From an uncultured Gammaproteobacteria bacterium (GTDB lineage: Bacteria > Patescibacteriota > Microgenomatia > UBA10105 > UBA927), in the NCBI GenBank assembly GCA_964356315.1, contig CAYHHA010000006.1, positions 1 through 63,646 of the forward strand: DNA of 63,646 nt, in the 5' to 3' direction. Positions 24,569 through 33,710 of this stretch are shown here, piece by piece. Within the stretch, counting starts at the first letter, position 1. Every line of letters begins with the position of its first letter. The position numbers and the translations under genes were made by a program. The notes under the pieces were generated by a model, which worked only from the letters and a program-made list of their open reading frames with translations, did no database searches and had not been told where the DNA came from.

Positions 24569-25671
24569 AAGATAGAAATAATCTCATCTACAAACCGCCT
24601 AGCACCATCACGAAAAACCGTTTCCTTACCTACCACTGCATTGGCCTGATACGTAGAAATATCGGATATCATGGTATCAATCGAATCTAATAGAGAATCC
24701 TTGGTCATATCTTTTTGCAGAAGTATTTTGGCGGAACCTTTATTTTCTAACCACTGTGCATTTTTTAGTTGCTCTCCCCCACCTGACCATGGCAAAGGGA
24801 TAAAAAGACCAGGCATACCAACTGCAGCCAGCTCAATAACCGTATTGGCGCCGGATCTTCCGACCACCAAAGTAGATTGACTCAAAACTGAAACAAGATC
24901 ATCAGATGATATATATTCATATGGCATATATCTTTTCTGAAGTAGGGGTGAAAGTCGCTGCTTATAAGAAACAGCTTCTTCGTATGTCACCCTCCCTGTC
25001 TGATGGATAACAACATACTTCTGAAGCAGTTCGGGAAGCAGAGAAAACACGACAGCATTCAATGAAACAGCACCAGTAGAGCCTCCAGTTATATATATCA
25101 CTGGATCAGAAAGACTCTCTTTGGATAGTTTACGTTTGATCTGAAATATTTGCTCCCGAATCGGCAACCCAGTATATACCCCTTTCCCTTTTGGGAGTTC
25201 TTTCAGCAGGTCCTGAAATGTTACACAAATTTTTGTTGCAAATCGCGCGATGATTTTGTTCGCAAGTCCCATCACAGACGTTTGTTCATGCGTGATTGAA
25301 GGAATTTTTAACAATCTTCCAGCAAGTACAATTGGAAGAGCAACATACCCACCAAATGACACAATACAAGTTGGTTTTAAACGTATACACAAAAATATTG
25401 CCTGAACGAACCCGAATGGAATTTTTATAAATGATACTAAAGAGTGAAAGGAAATAAACCTCTGAATTCTTCCAGTTGTTATCGAATAAAATGCTATATG
25501 CAGTCGCGACATTTCTTCTTTTTCATGAGAAACATCATGTTTGTGCTCTGTGGCATGAGAACGACCAACAAACACGATCTGGATTGGAACATCCCTCTTA
25601 TGCAACTCTTCGATAGTCGCAATAGCAGGTGTTAAGTGCCCTCCAGTTATAAGAATGGTTGGTGTTTTCAT
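24565..25671 (-). CDS. murG: Lipid II synthase MurG (GT28)
   Basis: N-terminal ITGGHLTPAIA, GGSTGA and the C-terminal G-loop GRSGANTVIELAAVGMP. dcw context. Confidence 0.9.
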   Translation of the reverse strand: MKTPTILITGGHLTPAIATIEELHKRDVPIQIVFVGRSHATEHKHDVSHEKEEMSRLHIAFYSITTGRIQRFISFHSLVSFIKIPFGFVQAIFLCIRLKPTCIVSFGGYVALPIVLAGRLLKIPSITHEQTSVMGLANKIIARFATKICVTFQDLLKELPKGKGVYTGLPIREQIFQIKRKLSKESLSDPVIYITGGSTGAVSLNAVVFSLLPELLQKYVVIHQTGRVTYEEAVSYKQRLSPLLQKRYMPYEYISSDDLVSVLSQSTLVVGRSGANTVIELAAVGMPGLFIPLPWSGGGEQLKNAQWLENKGSAKILLQKDMTKDSLLDSIDTMISDISTYQANAVVGKETVFRDGARRFVDEIISIL

Positions 25672-26819
25672 TATTTATGTTTACTAATGTTTATTAAAAT
25701 CCCCATAGAGCTTAAAAGTACGATAAAACTAGATCCTCCGTAGGATATAAATGGAAGTGGCACCCCAGTGAGCGGGATGAGGGCCACCATCGCACTCAGA
25801 TTTATTAGTGTTTGCACTGCCACCCAAGAAGTAATCCCAAGAGCCAGAAGCCTCCCAAAGATTTCTTTTGCATGCATAGCTATACTATACCCACGCCAGA
25901 TTATAGAAATATATACTGAAATTACCAACATTGCTCCAATAAATCCAGTTTCCTCTCCGATAATGGCAAAAATTGAATCGGTATTTGCCTCGGGAAGATA
26001 TTCATATTTTTGTCGAGATTTCCCGATACCCACTCCAGTCCACCCTCCAGAGCCAAGACCAAGCAACACCTGTTGGATATGATATGACGCTCCGAGAGGA
26101 TCAGAACTTCGATTAACAAATGTTGTGAGCCGGCGCATTCTGTATGGAGAAATCACTGCAAGCAACAATACGGCACCAATCAACATTGGAATCATAAACA
26201 TAAAATGTCGTAGAGGAGCGCCAGAAAAAAAGTACAACAGTATCGCGATAGATAATATAATCAGACTCGTCCCAAGATCTGGCTCGAGCATTACGAGTCC
26301 AACTACCATGGATAAAAATAGTATGAACGAAAAAAATCTACTTTTTTCCGGGTGAGAAAACCAGGCCGAGAGATAAAAGATCATCGTAAGCTTCGCTAAC
26401 TCAGCAGGCTGCAAAACAAAGAAGCCAAAGTTAATCCACCTATGCGCTCCATACGCCTTGATGCCTGCTCCTGGGATAAAAACAACCATCAAAAGAACAA
26501 GCGTGATCATCAACAGTGGGAGCGCGTACTTTCTCCAAATTGTATAGGGAATTCGTGCAAATACAAGAAAAGCAATAGATCCCGCCAAAAACCATTTTAA
26601 TTGCTCTTTTACATAGTAGTATTGATTTCCAAAATCGCGAAGCGCTATGGCTACAGAAGAATCGTATACCATCAGCACTCCAAAAACAGATAACACCAAA
26701 ATACTCAGAACCAACCAAGGATCCGCAGCGTGAAGCATTTTTTTTGGCTCTCGATGAATTTCGTGTCTTTTTTGCGTGCCTCGCAAAAAAGATGGGTTAA
26801 GAAAGTTTTTCCACTTCAT
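25671..26819 (-). CDS. ftsW: SEDS-family peptidoglycan polymerase FtsW
   Basis: Polytopic membrane protein with PEANTDSIFAIIGEE and PLPFISYGGSS motifs. Start set at ATG 26819 (MKWKNF) with an upstream GAGAGGAAAGG. The ORF extension into murD is rejected. Confidence 0.9.
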   Translation of the reverse strand: MKWKNFLNPSFLRGTQKRHEIHREPKKMLHAADPWLVLSILVLSVFGVLMVYDSSVAIALRDFGNQYYYVKEQLKWFLAGSIAFLVFARIPYTIWRKYALPLLMITLVLLMVVFIPGAGIKAYGAHRWINFGFFVLQPAELAKLTMIFYLSAWFSHPEKSRFFSFILFLSMVVGLVMLEPDLGTSLIILSIAILLYFFSGAPLRHFMFMIPMLIGAVLLLAVISPYRMRRLTTFVNRSSDPLGASYHIQQVLLGLGSGGWTGVGIGKSRQKYEYLPEANTDSIFAIIGEETGFIGAMLVISVYISIIWRGYSIAMHAKEIFGRLLALGITSWVAVQTLINLSAMVALIPLTGVPLPFISYGGSSFIVLLSSMGILINISKHK

Positions 26820-28200
26820 GTATGAATTCCTTTCCTCTCTCTTTATAATTTTTAAACATACCAAACGACGCACAGGCTGGAGACAACAGCACAACATCTC
26901 CCGCTTGCGCCCTATCTCTTGCGTAGTGGACAATTTCCGTCATAGACGTTAATCCCGTTTTAAATTCGCCTGTATATCCCGATTTTGAAACTGCAGTAAC
27001 AATTTTTTCTGTCATGTCGCCAATAACTATAAGGGTGCGAATATTTGACACTGCGATTTTTTTCCCGAGATTCGCATAGTCTGAGCCTTTTTCAGATCCT
27101 CCGAGGATCAAAACTAACGGGTCAGAAAACGATTCAATCGCAGCAATAGCCGTTTCAGGCACGGTAGAGAAAGAGTCGTTTATATAACAAACATCATGAA
27201 GTTTTTTTACAAACTCTAGACGATGTGGAAGTCCCTCAAATTCCTTCACGGCTGATCGTATCGCATCTATACCAACTCCTATCAGGCGACTTGCCAGAGT
27301 GGCAGCTGCAATATTTTCTAAATTATGTATACCTCGCAATTTTATTGTTGATAGCGAACAAAGCTCCAGCTCAGAGTCATATTCTTTGAGATACACACGC
27401 TCCCCAAGGACATAGGCATCCGCGTTCTGGCTTTGTCTACTAAAGACTCTCTTTTGTGCCTTTGAAGTTTCTCCAAATTGTTTGCTTGTCTCATCATCAG
27501 ACGTATAGATAACGTAATCAGATTCGTTTTGGTATCGTATTATGGATCGTTTTGCCTCAACGTACGCATCACGTGATATATGAAAATTTGACGCATTAGG
27601 GTCAAAATTCGCGAGGTGCTCCTGAGTAATTTTTAATACTACAGCAATATGAGGACTTATGTCACTGTCTTCTAGCTGAAATGATGAAAGTTCTAGTATG
27701 ACCACATCAGTGGGTTCTATAGAATCTACTTGTGACAATAGCGGAGACCCTATATTTCCTCCTAACCAGACGGTTTTCCCTGATTGCTTCACCATGGAGT
27801 AGATCAGAGAGCTCGTTGTCCCTTTTCCTTTCGTTCCCGTCACCCCGATGATAGGAGCTCTACAATGGGAAAAAAACAATTTAGTTAAACTCGTTACGAT
27901 TTTCCCTTGCGATACCGCATCACTCAATTCTTTTGTATGAAGCGCTATGCCCGGAGATCGCACTATCAGGTCATATTGCGACAGAGTGGAGAGGTACTCA
28001 TTTCCTAAAATAAATGAGTCTGTATACCGAGATAGTACCGCATAACTATCGCCCAATGACTCTTTTTCTCTTCTATCTAGACAGGTAACCTTTGCGCCAC
28101 AAGACGAAAAGAATTTTACGCAGTCCACACCCTCGACAGATAGCCCTACGACAGCTATATGTTTGTCTTTATACCACGATATGTTGGACGGTAATGTCAT
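26797..28200 (-). CDS. murD: UDP-MurNAc-L-Ala:D-Glu ligase MurD
   Basis: GVTGTKGKGTT P-loop, Mur ligase middle and C-terminal domains, dcw position. Confidence 0.9.
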   Translation of the reverse strand: MTLPSNISWYKDKHIAVVGLSVEGVDCVKFFSSCGAKVTCLDRREKESLGDSYAVLSRYTDSFILGNEYLSTLSQYDLIVRSPGIALHTKELSDAVSQGKIVTSLTKLFFSHCRAPIIGVTGTKGKGTTSSLIYSMVKQSGKTVWLGGNIGSPLLSQVDSIEPTDVVILELSSFQLEDSDISPHIAVVLKITQEHLANFDPNASNFHISRDAYVEAKRSIIRYQNESDYVIYTSDDETSKQFGETSKAQKRVFSRQSQNADAYVLGERVYLKEYDSELELCSLSTIKLRGIHNLENIAAATLASRLIGVGIDAIRSAVKEFEGLPHRLEFVKKLHDVCYINDSFSTVPETAIAAIESFSDPLVLILGGSEKGSDYANLGKKIAVSNIRTLIVIGDMTEKIVTAVSKSGYTGEFKTGLTSMTEIVHYARDRAQAGDVVLLSPACASFGMFKNYKERGKEFIHEVEKLS

Positions 28201-28987
28201 GTTTCAATAATTGTGAAAAGACCTGTTGGACAGACTGGGAATCACCTGTGGTAAAGTACACTACTTCACCAACGCTTTCTCTCCCGCTCACACTTTCGCG
28301 CTCCTGCAAAATCCGATGTACTTGACGGGCCACAGCACCACCAGAGTCAAGAATTTGAGCGTCCTTGTCAATCATAGCACGCAGAGCCTGTTTCAAAAAA
28401 GGATAATGTGTACATCCCAGCACAATCACGTCAAAATCTTTTAGAGAAACGTTCGACAAAAGACTGCGAAGCTCAGATTCAACGATAGGCCCATCAACGA
28501 TTCCCTTTTCAATCATCGGCACGAGTGTCGCACTTCCCAGAGATTGAAATGCGCAGTCTCCACCAAATTGGGTGATTAATGATTTTTGATAGTCACTATT
28601 TGCGGTATATTCTGTAGATAGAACAAGTATTTGTTTTGTTTTACTGAGAGAAGCAGCGGTCTTTATAACGGGCACTACTCCCACAATCGGGATTCCTGGA
28701 AATTGTTCTCTATACCAACTAATCCCAGCTATTGTTGCGGTATTACAAGCCACAACGACTAATTTCGCATTTCGCTCCGTAAAAAATTGTATCACTGCGA
28801 CAGTTCTCTCCCGTATGAATTCTGTTTTTTTATCGCCATACGGATTATTGGCATGATCACCAACATAGATATACGATTCATGAGGCAATATCTCTCGAAT
28901 GGATTCTAAAATGCTGAGCCCTCCGGATCCTGAATCAAATACGCCAATAGGATTGGAAAAAAGTATATGTGGGTCAAATTGAGTCAT
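28169..28987 (-). CDS. murI: Glutamate racemase MurI
   Basis: FDSGSGGLS, VVACNTA and LGCTHYP (both catalytic Cys motifs). Confidence 0.92.
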   Translation of the reverse strand: MTQFDPHILFSNPIGVFDSGSGGLSILESIREILPHESYIYVGDHANNPYGDKKTEFIRERTVAVIQFFTERNAKLVVVACNTATIAGISWYREQFPGIPIVGVVPVIKTAASLSKTKQILVLSTEYTANSDYQKSLITQFGGDCAFQSLGSATLVPMIEKGIVDGPIVESELRSLLSNVSLKDFDVIVLGCTHYPFLKQALRAMIDKDAQILDSGGAVARQVHRILQERESVSGRESVGEVVYFTTGDSQSVQQVFSQLLKHDITVQHIVV

Positions 28988-29000
28988 CGTATATGGAAAA

Positions 29001-30050
29001 TTACAAAATTGGCACTTTTGTTATGAGAGCTAGCCATAAACCAAAAATAGCAAATACGATACTCATAATCCAAAATCTCATAACAATTTTTGTCTCAGGC
29101 CAGCCTTTATACTGCAACCACAAATGAAATGGCGCTGCAGCAAATACTTTTCTATGAAAAAATTGTTTACTCAGTAGTTGTATCAAAGAAGTGCTCACCT
29201 CAATAATAAATATGCCGCCAATCACCAGAAGCACAGAGGTTTTTCCAAGGATGAGGGCAACCACGCTGAGCGTGGCACCAAATGACAATGCCCCCACGTC
29301 TCCCAAAAATATACGGGCTGGGTGGACATTAAAATACAAAAACGCTAAAAGAGCGCCTAACCAAAGCGCGATGAATACCGAAAGAGACGTATCCAAAATA
29401 GACGCAGAGATAAACCAAAATGCGCACAAACAAATCAAAAGCACTCCTGAAGCCAGTCCATCTAATCCATCGGTAATATTAAAAGCATTTGCAAAAGCAA
29501 TGATAACAAACGAAGAAAAAATTCCCCAAACCCAACCCAAATGGAGGACTCCATAAAACGGAATATATAAAATATCTATCTGTAATTCTTGCGTTATCCA
29601 AAAGCTAATTATTGCAGAAAGAAGAATTTCCAAAAAAAGTTTATGTCGAAGCCGCAGTCCAAAAAATCCAGTAGGAGCGAAAAAAAATGTTTTTTTCGCG
29701 TCATCCAAAAGCCCAAGTAATCCAAAAGAGATAAACGTAAACAATAAAATTTTGATTTCGGTTGCCATTGGATAGACAGAAGTAATAGGAACCCAAAAAT
29801 ATCGCATCAATATAAGTGATATTGGAAATAATATTGTTGTTATAAGAATGATAAGTAATCCTCCACCGACTGGTGTTCCAGCTTTCTTCTGGTGAAATTT
29901 ATCAAATATCGGAGTTCGTTTATCAAACGCATCAACCGTTTTTTGGTTCATTCGCTGAAACCGCCATTTATATAAAAGCTGTATAAACGGCACATACAAC
30001 ACACTCGTAAGCGCCCACGAGAATAGTAATAATCCAAGGAGTATTGCCAT
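29001..30050 (-). CDS. mraY: Phospho-MurNAc-pentapeptide translocase MraY
   Basis: LLDDAKK, NAFNITDGLDGLA and a polytopic membrane profile. Start set at ATG 30050 (MAILLG), 2 nt after the dgkA stop. Confidence 0.92.
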   Translation of the reverse strand: MAILLGLLLFSWALTSVLYVPFIQLLYKWRFQRMNQKTVDAFDKRTPIFDKFHQKKAGTPVGGGLLIILITTILFPISLILMRYFWVPITSVYPMATEIKILLFTFISFGLLGLLDDAKKTFFFAPTGFFGLRLRHKLFLEILLSAIISFWITQELQIDILYIPFYGVLHLGWVWGIFSSFVIIAFANAFNITDGLDGLASGVLLICLCAFWFISASILDTSLSVFIALWLGALLAFLYFNVHPARIFLGDVGALSFGATLSVVALILGKTSVLLVIGGIFIIEVSTSLIQLLSKQFFHRKVFAAAPFHLWLQYKGWPETKIVMRFWIMSIVFAIFGLWLALITKVPIL

Positions 30051-30052
30051 AA

Positions 30053-30430
30053 TTAATTGTAGAGAAAAAGTTTCAGGAGGTACGGTGTATAGATAATTGC
30101 TCCTATAACTACAGCTCCCATCGCGATTAACAGCATCATTCCTGCCGACACATCCTTTGCGATTTTCGCTTCTTGTTTCCATTCTTTCGTAATTAAATCA
30201 GTCATAGATTCAAGTGCGGTATTGATCATTTCACCACTTAACCCCAGAAGTATCGTAAATACGATCACGATCATCTCTACGTTAGAAATTCCCAAAGAAA
30301 GCCCTAAGGAGATTGCCAAAAATGCCATAACCAAATGCACTCGAAAATTTGGTTGTGTTCGTACGGCCCAAAAAAGCCCAGCGAATGCGTTTTTAAAAGA
30401 TATATGGTGCTGTCGGAGCGTCTTATACAT
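30053..30430 (-). CDS. dgkA: DgkA-family lipid kinase (diacylglycerol/undecaprenol kinase)
   Basis: FKNAFAGL......N.R.H, EMINTALE and three TM segments. Start set at ATG 30430. Confidence 0.75.
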   Translation of the reverse strand: MYKTLRQHHISFKNAFAGLFWAVRTQPNFRVHLVMAFLAISLGLSLGISNVEMIVIVFTILLGLSGEMINTALESMTDLITKEWKQEAKIAKDVSAGMMLLIAMGAVVIGAIIYTPYLLKLFLYN

Positions 30431-30480
30431 AAATTCTCGCTTCTTTAGTATAATTTGTCGAGTACAAAAATACAAATTTT

Positions 30481-31494
30481 CTATTCGTATCCGCGTTTTT
30501 TTGTGCGGATGGTCTCGATAAATTTTGGAATTATATACCATGGAGATAGTGGAAAGTCATGTGCGTGCATGTATAAAATTTCTTTTCCACCAAAACCCTT
30601 TTTAAACAAGGTTAATCCGTTCCATGGATGATTTGGCTTCCCTTCAGGGGCTATACCATAAAAATTATAGATCCCAATTCCTCTTTTTTTTGCCTCACAA
30701 ATAGCCCTCCACTGCAGTGCATACGACACAGGATACTTGCTCGGCCGTGAAGCTCCATGATGATAAATCGCCTGACCTCCACAAAATAAAATAATAGCAC
30801 TTGCGATAAGCTCTTTGTCCACATATCCCAACAAGAGGATCGCCTGATCTCGTGACGAAAACTGTTCGAACTCTTCTCTGATAGATCCATGAGAAACAAA
30901 GCCGTGTCTTTTCGAAGTTTCTTCGTACAGTTCTGTAAATTTAGAAACATCTTTACTATTGGTTGATTGCGTTATTTCTATATCCATCTTCAATCCCCTG
31001 CGAACTTCATACCGGGTTGTTTTTCTCATTCCCTGCAAAAGTTCTTCTTCCGTTTTTGTAATATCCAACACCCAACATCGCTCTGCATCAACTTCATGAA
31101 TTGGAGCGGATACTAATCCAACTTCCTTAAATATGTTTCGTTGTTCGGTAGAATCACTGACCATAGGGCTTATGCGGATAAACAATGCTCGTTCTTTCTT
31201 CGCGATTGTGGAGAACAAGGAGATACACTCCCGTAACACCTCTGGTGAATATTCCTGCAGTATAGGCCCCTGACGGATATGGAGATATGTACCACGTTTC
31301 GCGCGAACGATAAGAACCTGAGCAATACCGAACAGTTTAGATGCAGAATATATCCCATATCTCTCTAGTGTTGTTCCTGATTTTTTTTCAACTTCGCCCC
31401 ACTGCCAGTTTTGAAATAATGCCTGTGGACTATGAGCAAGCCAAAATTCATTCCACTTAGATTCATCAGCAATAGGAGAAAGTGTGAAGCTCAT
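30481..31494 (-). CDS. FemABX-family peptidyltransferase (interpeptide bridge formation)
   Basis: 337 aa with a twin GNAT-like FemAB pattern (FQNWQWGEVK..., YHHGASR, LQWRAICEAKKRG, YNFYG). Confidence 0.75.
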   Translation of the reverse strand: MSFTLSPIADESKWNEFWLAHSPQALFQNWQWGEVEKKSGTTLERYGIYSASKLFGIAQVLIVRAKRGTYLHIRQGPILQEYSPEVLRECISLFSTIAKKERALFIRISPMVSDSTEQRNIFKEVGLVSAPIHEVDAERCWVLDITKTEEELLQGMRKTTRYEVRRGLKMDIEITQSTNSKDVSKFTELYEETSKRHGFVSHGSIREEFEQFSSRDQAILLLGYVDKELIASAIILFCGGQAIYHHGASRPSKYPVSYALQWRAICEAKKRGIGIYNFYGIAPEGKPNHPWNGLTLFKKGFGGKEILYMHAHDFPLSPWYIIPKFIETIRTKKRGYE

Positions 31495-31832
31495 GATAGT
31501 TGAGTAAATTTATGAAGAAGTGAATTTATAATAGCATAGACCAGAGATCCGATTAATGCGGCGCCAAAAGAATCAATTAAAAATCCTGGGGTAAACCGAC
31601 TAGCAAGTTGGAACAAAATGCCGTTAAGCACCAAAGAAAATAATCCCAACGTCAAAACAGTAATAGGTAATGTTAAAAAAACGAGAATAGGTTTAATGAG
31701 TGTATTGAGTAGTCCTATGATCACTGAAGCAAGTATGGCAGAAAAAAAGTCCGCAAAATGAATTCCCGGTACCATCCGTGAAACTAAAAGGAGTGAAATC
31801 GCACTAACAAACCAATCAGCTATTGTTTTCAT
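31491..31832 (-). CDS. DUF360 / holin-4-like small membrane protein
   Basis: Four TM segments and the pattern LLNTLIKPIL..LTLPITVLTLGLF..V.N. Start set at ATG 31832. Confidence 0.6.
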   Translation of the reverse strand: MKTIADWFVSAISLLLVSRMVPGIHFADFFSAILASVIIGLLNTLIKPILVFLTLPITVLTLGLFSLVLNGILFQLASRFTPGFLIDSFGAALIGSLVYAIINSLLHKFTQLS

Positions 31833-31839
31833 ATACGTA

Positions 31840-32481
31840 TTATTGGCGACTTCTATGATACACCATTTCACTTTCTACTGTCGTCACTTCTCCATGCCCT
31901 GTGTACAGGGTCGTATTTCCTGGGAGCTTAAGGATCTTCTCTATAGAATCATGCAGTTCAAGTGGCCGACCGTATGAAAAATCTGTTCTTCCTACATTCC
32001 CTTGTGCGAACAATAAATCTCCCACAAATGCTAGATTGCTCGATGCGAAATACAGGCAAACACTTCCAGGGGTGTGCCCTGGAGCTTCTATAATCTCTAC
32101 ATCTGACCCCCCTAGAGATAACTTCAAATCAGTCTGAAGATATGTAGAAATCTGTGGCTTGAGCTCTACAATCGTATGCTTCAAAAAATGCTCGGCAGTT
32201 TCACTCATTCTATCGAGGAGAAATTTATCTTTCTTATGAATATAAAAAGGAATGGTAAATAATAATTGCAATTCAAATGCCGCCATCACATGATCAAAAT
32301 GCCCGTGAGTAGCAATAATTCCGACTGGGTGTAATTGTTTTTCCAAAATTTTTTCGGCTATATATGTTGCATCATCACCGGGATCGATAATAAAACATTC
32401 TGAATTCAGATCTGAAGAAACTAAATAGCAATTCTCTTGCATTTGCCCGACTATCAGAGGAGTTACTCTTAGGGTTTTCAT
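31840..32481 (-). CDS. MBL-fold metallo-hydrolase
   Basis: THGHFDHV motif plus a downstream PGHTPGS and a terminal H. Confidence 0.8.
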   Translation of the reverse strand: MKTLRVTPLIVGQMQENCYLVSSDLNSECFIIDPGDDATYIAEKILEKQLHPVGIIATHGHFDHVMAAFELQLLFTIPFYIHKKDKFLLDRMSETAEHFLKHTIVELKPQISTYLQTDLKLSLGGSDVEIIEAPGHTPGSVCLYFASSNLAFVGDLLFAQGNVGRTDFSYGRPLELHDSIEKILKLPGNTTLYTGHGEVTTVESEMVYHRSRQ

Positions 32482-33710
32482 GATGGAAGGAACAAACGTA
32501 ATACTCTGGAAGCCTCAAGAGAGGTAATGTTTGTTGGCAAATTAATGACATGCTGAGCAATTTCTTCTGCTTTTGGGCAACTACCCTTTTTATACCCTAT
32601 AGATTCAAACACCACACCAGTGGGATCAATCGTATTGTGATACCAATTACCTAGGAGGATATGTTGTTTTTTTGCCAAGGCAATAGTGTTTTGGGGGTTA
32701 TCGACCAATACTGGTAGACGTAAAAATATTGCACCACCCGGATATGACAAAAGCTGAACAGTTGGATTTTTCAGCAATGCCCGTATGTAGAGCTCAGTAA
32801 TTTTTTTCCTGTGAGCGTTATATCGCTCTAGCTTCTGGAGTTGTACCAATAGGAGAGAAGCCAATGCGTTCGGATATCTCGAGGGAAAAACAGTTGGTTT
32901 CCCTCCACTTTTTTCGATGTTGTACACGGGAAATGAAAGCGCATGTATCTTTTGGAAAAACCAAATAATTCCTTTCCCAATTTTTATTGTATACAAGGGC
33001 AAGGCGATAGCGAAAATAATCGGATGAAAAATCTGTTGAAAGATCCATAACATAGGAGCATCTACAAGATCATTTTCTACTCTTTTGAGATAGGCGATAC
33101 TCCGTTTATGTGTCACTTTTACAATAGCGACCCCTCCAAATACACTCGAGAGAATTTTATCCCTCCCAAAACTAAAAAATGCGGCATCTCCCATAGAACC
33201 TAAATTTTCGCCGTCAAATACCCCACCCAAAGCGTGAGCGCAGTCTTCTATCAACAGTAAATTATGCCTTTTTACAAACTTTCTCATCGCACCCATGTCT
33301 GCAGGTATACCAAGCGTATGTTGGACAATAAGGGCCCTCGTGCGTTTGGTAATTTTCTTTTCAGCATCGGGCATACTCATATTCAGAGATGAGTCGATAT
33401 CGACATACACGGGAGTCGCACCAGCCCATAGGACCGAGTTCGGGACAGCAACACACGTAAATGACTGAACCAACACCTCATCCCCTTTTGCTATATCAAA
33501 AGATCGCAGTAGTTCAAACAATGCACCTCGACCACTATTGAAAGCAAATACCCGTGTATTCGAATAACGTATAGCAAACCAATCTATAACTTGCGATACA
33601 GACGTTCCTCGTTTCCATTTCCATGGCTGAAACAGCATAGAAATTGCCTCGCGAACATCGTCGCTTTCGGTATTTGGAGATAAAGATGCAGAGAGTATTT
33701 TACGTATCAT
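32478..33710 (-). CDS. DegT/DnrJ/EryC1-family PLP-dependent aminotransferase
   Basis: FNSGRGAL, TCVAVPN, IEDCAHALG and FSFGRDKIL (catalytic Lys context). Confidence 0.8.
   Translation of the reverse strand: MIRKILSASLSPNTESDDVREAISMLFQPWKWKRGTSVSQVIDWFAIRYSNTRVFAFNSGRGALFELLRSFDIAKGDEVLVQSFTCVAVPNSVLWAGATPVYVDIDSSLNMSMPDAEKKITKRTRALIVQHTLGIPADMGAMRKFVKRHNLLLIEDCAHALGGVFDGENLGSMGDAAFFSFGRDKILSSVFGGVAIVKVTHKRSIAYLKRVENDLVDAPMLWIFQQIFHPIIFAIALPLYTIKIGKGIIWFFQKIHALSFPVYNIEKSGGKPTVFPSRYPNALASLLLVQLQKLERYNAHRKKITELYIRALLKNPTVQLLSYPGGAIFLRLPVLVDNPQNTIALAKKQHILLGNWYHNTIDPTGVVFESIGYKKGSCPKAEEIAQHVINLPTNITSLEASRVLRLFLPS

Noticed and set aside
26820-26933. N-terminal extensions of ORFs for ftsW, and likewise mraY (30051-30182), dgkA (30431-30541), DUF360, pgeF, mraZ and the 7025 gene
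   Set aside because: The extensions overlap the preceding gene or regulatory hairpins and lack homology-like sequence. Internal ATGs line up with the conserved protein N-termini.
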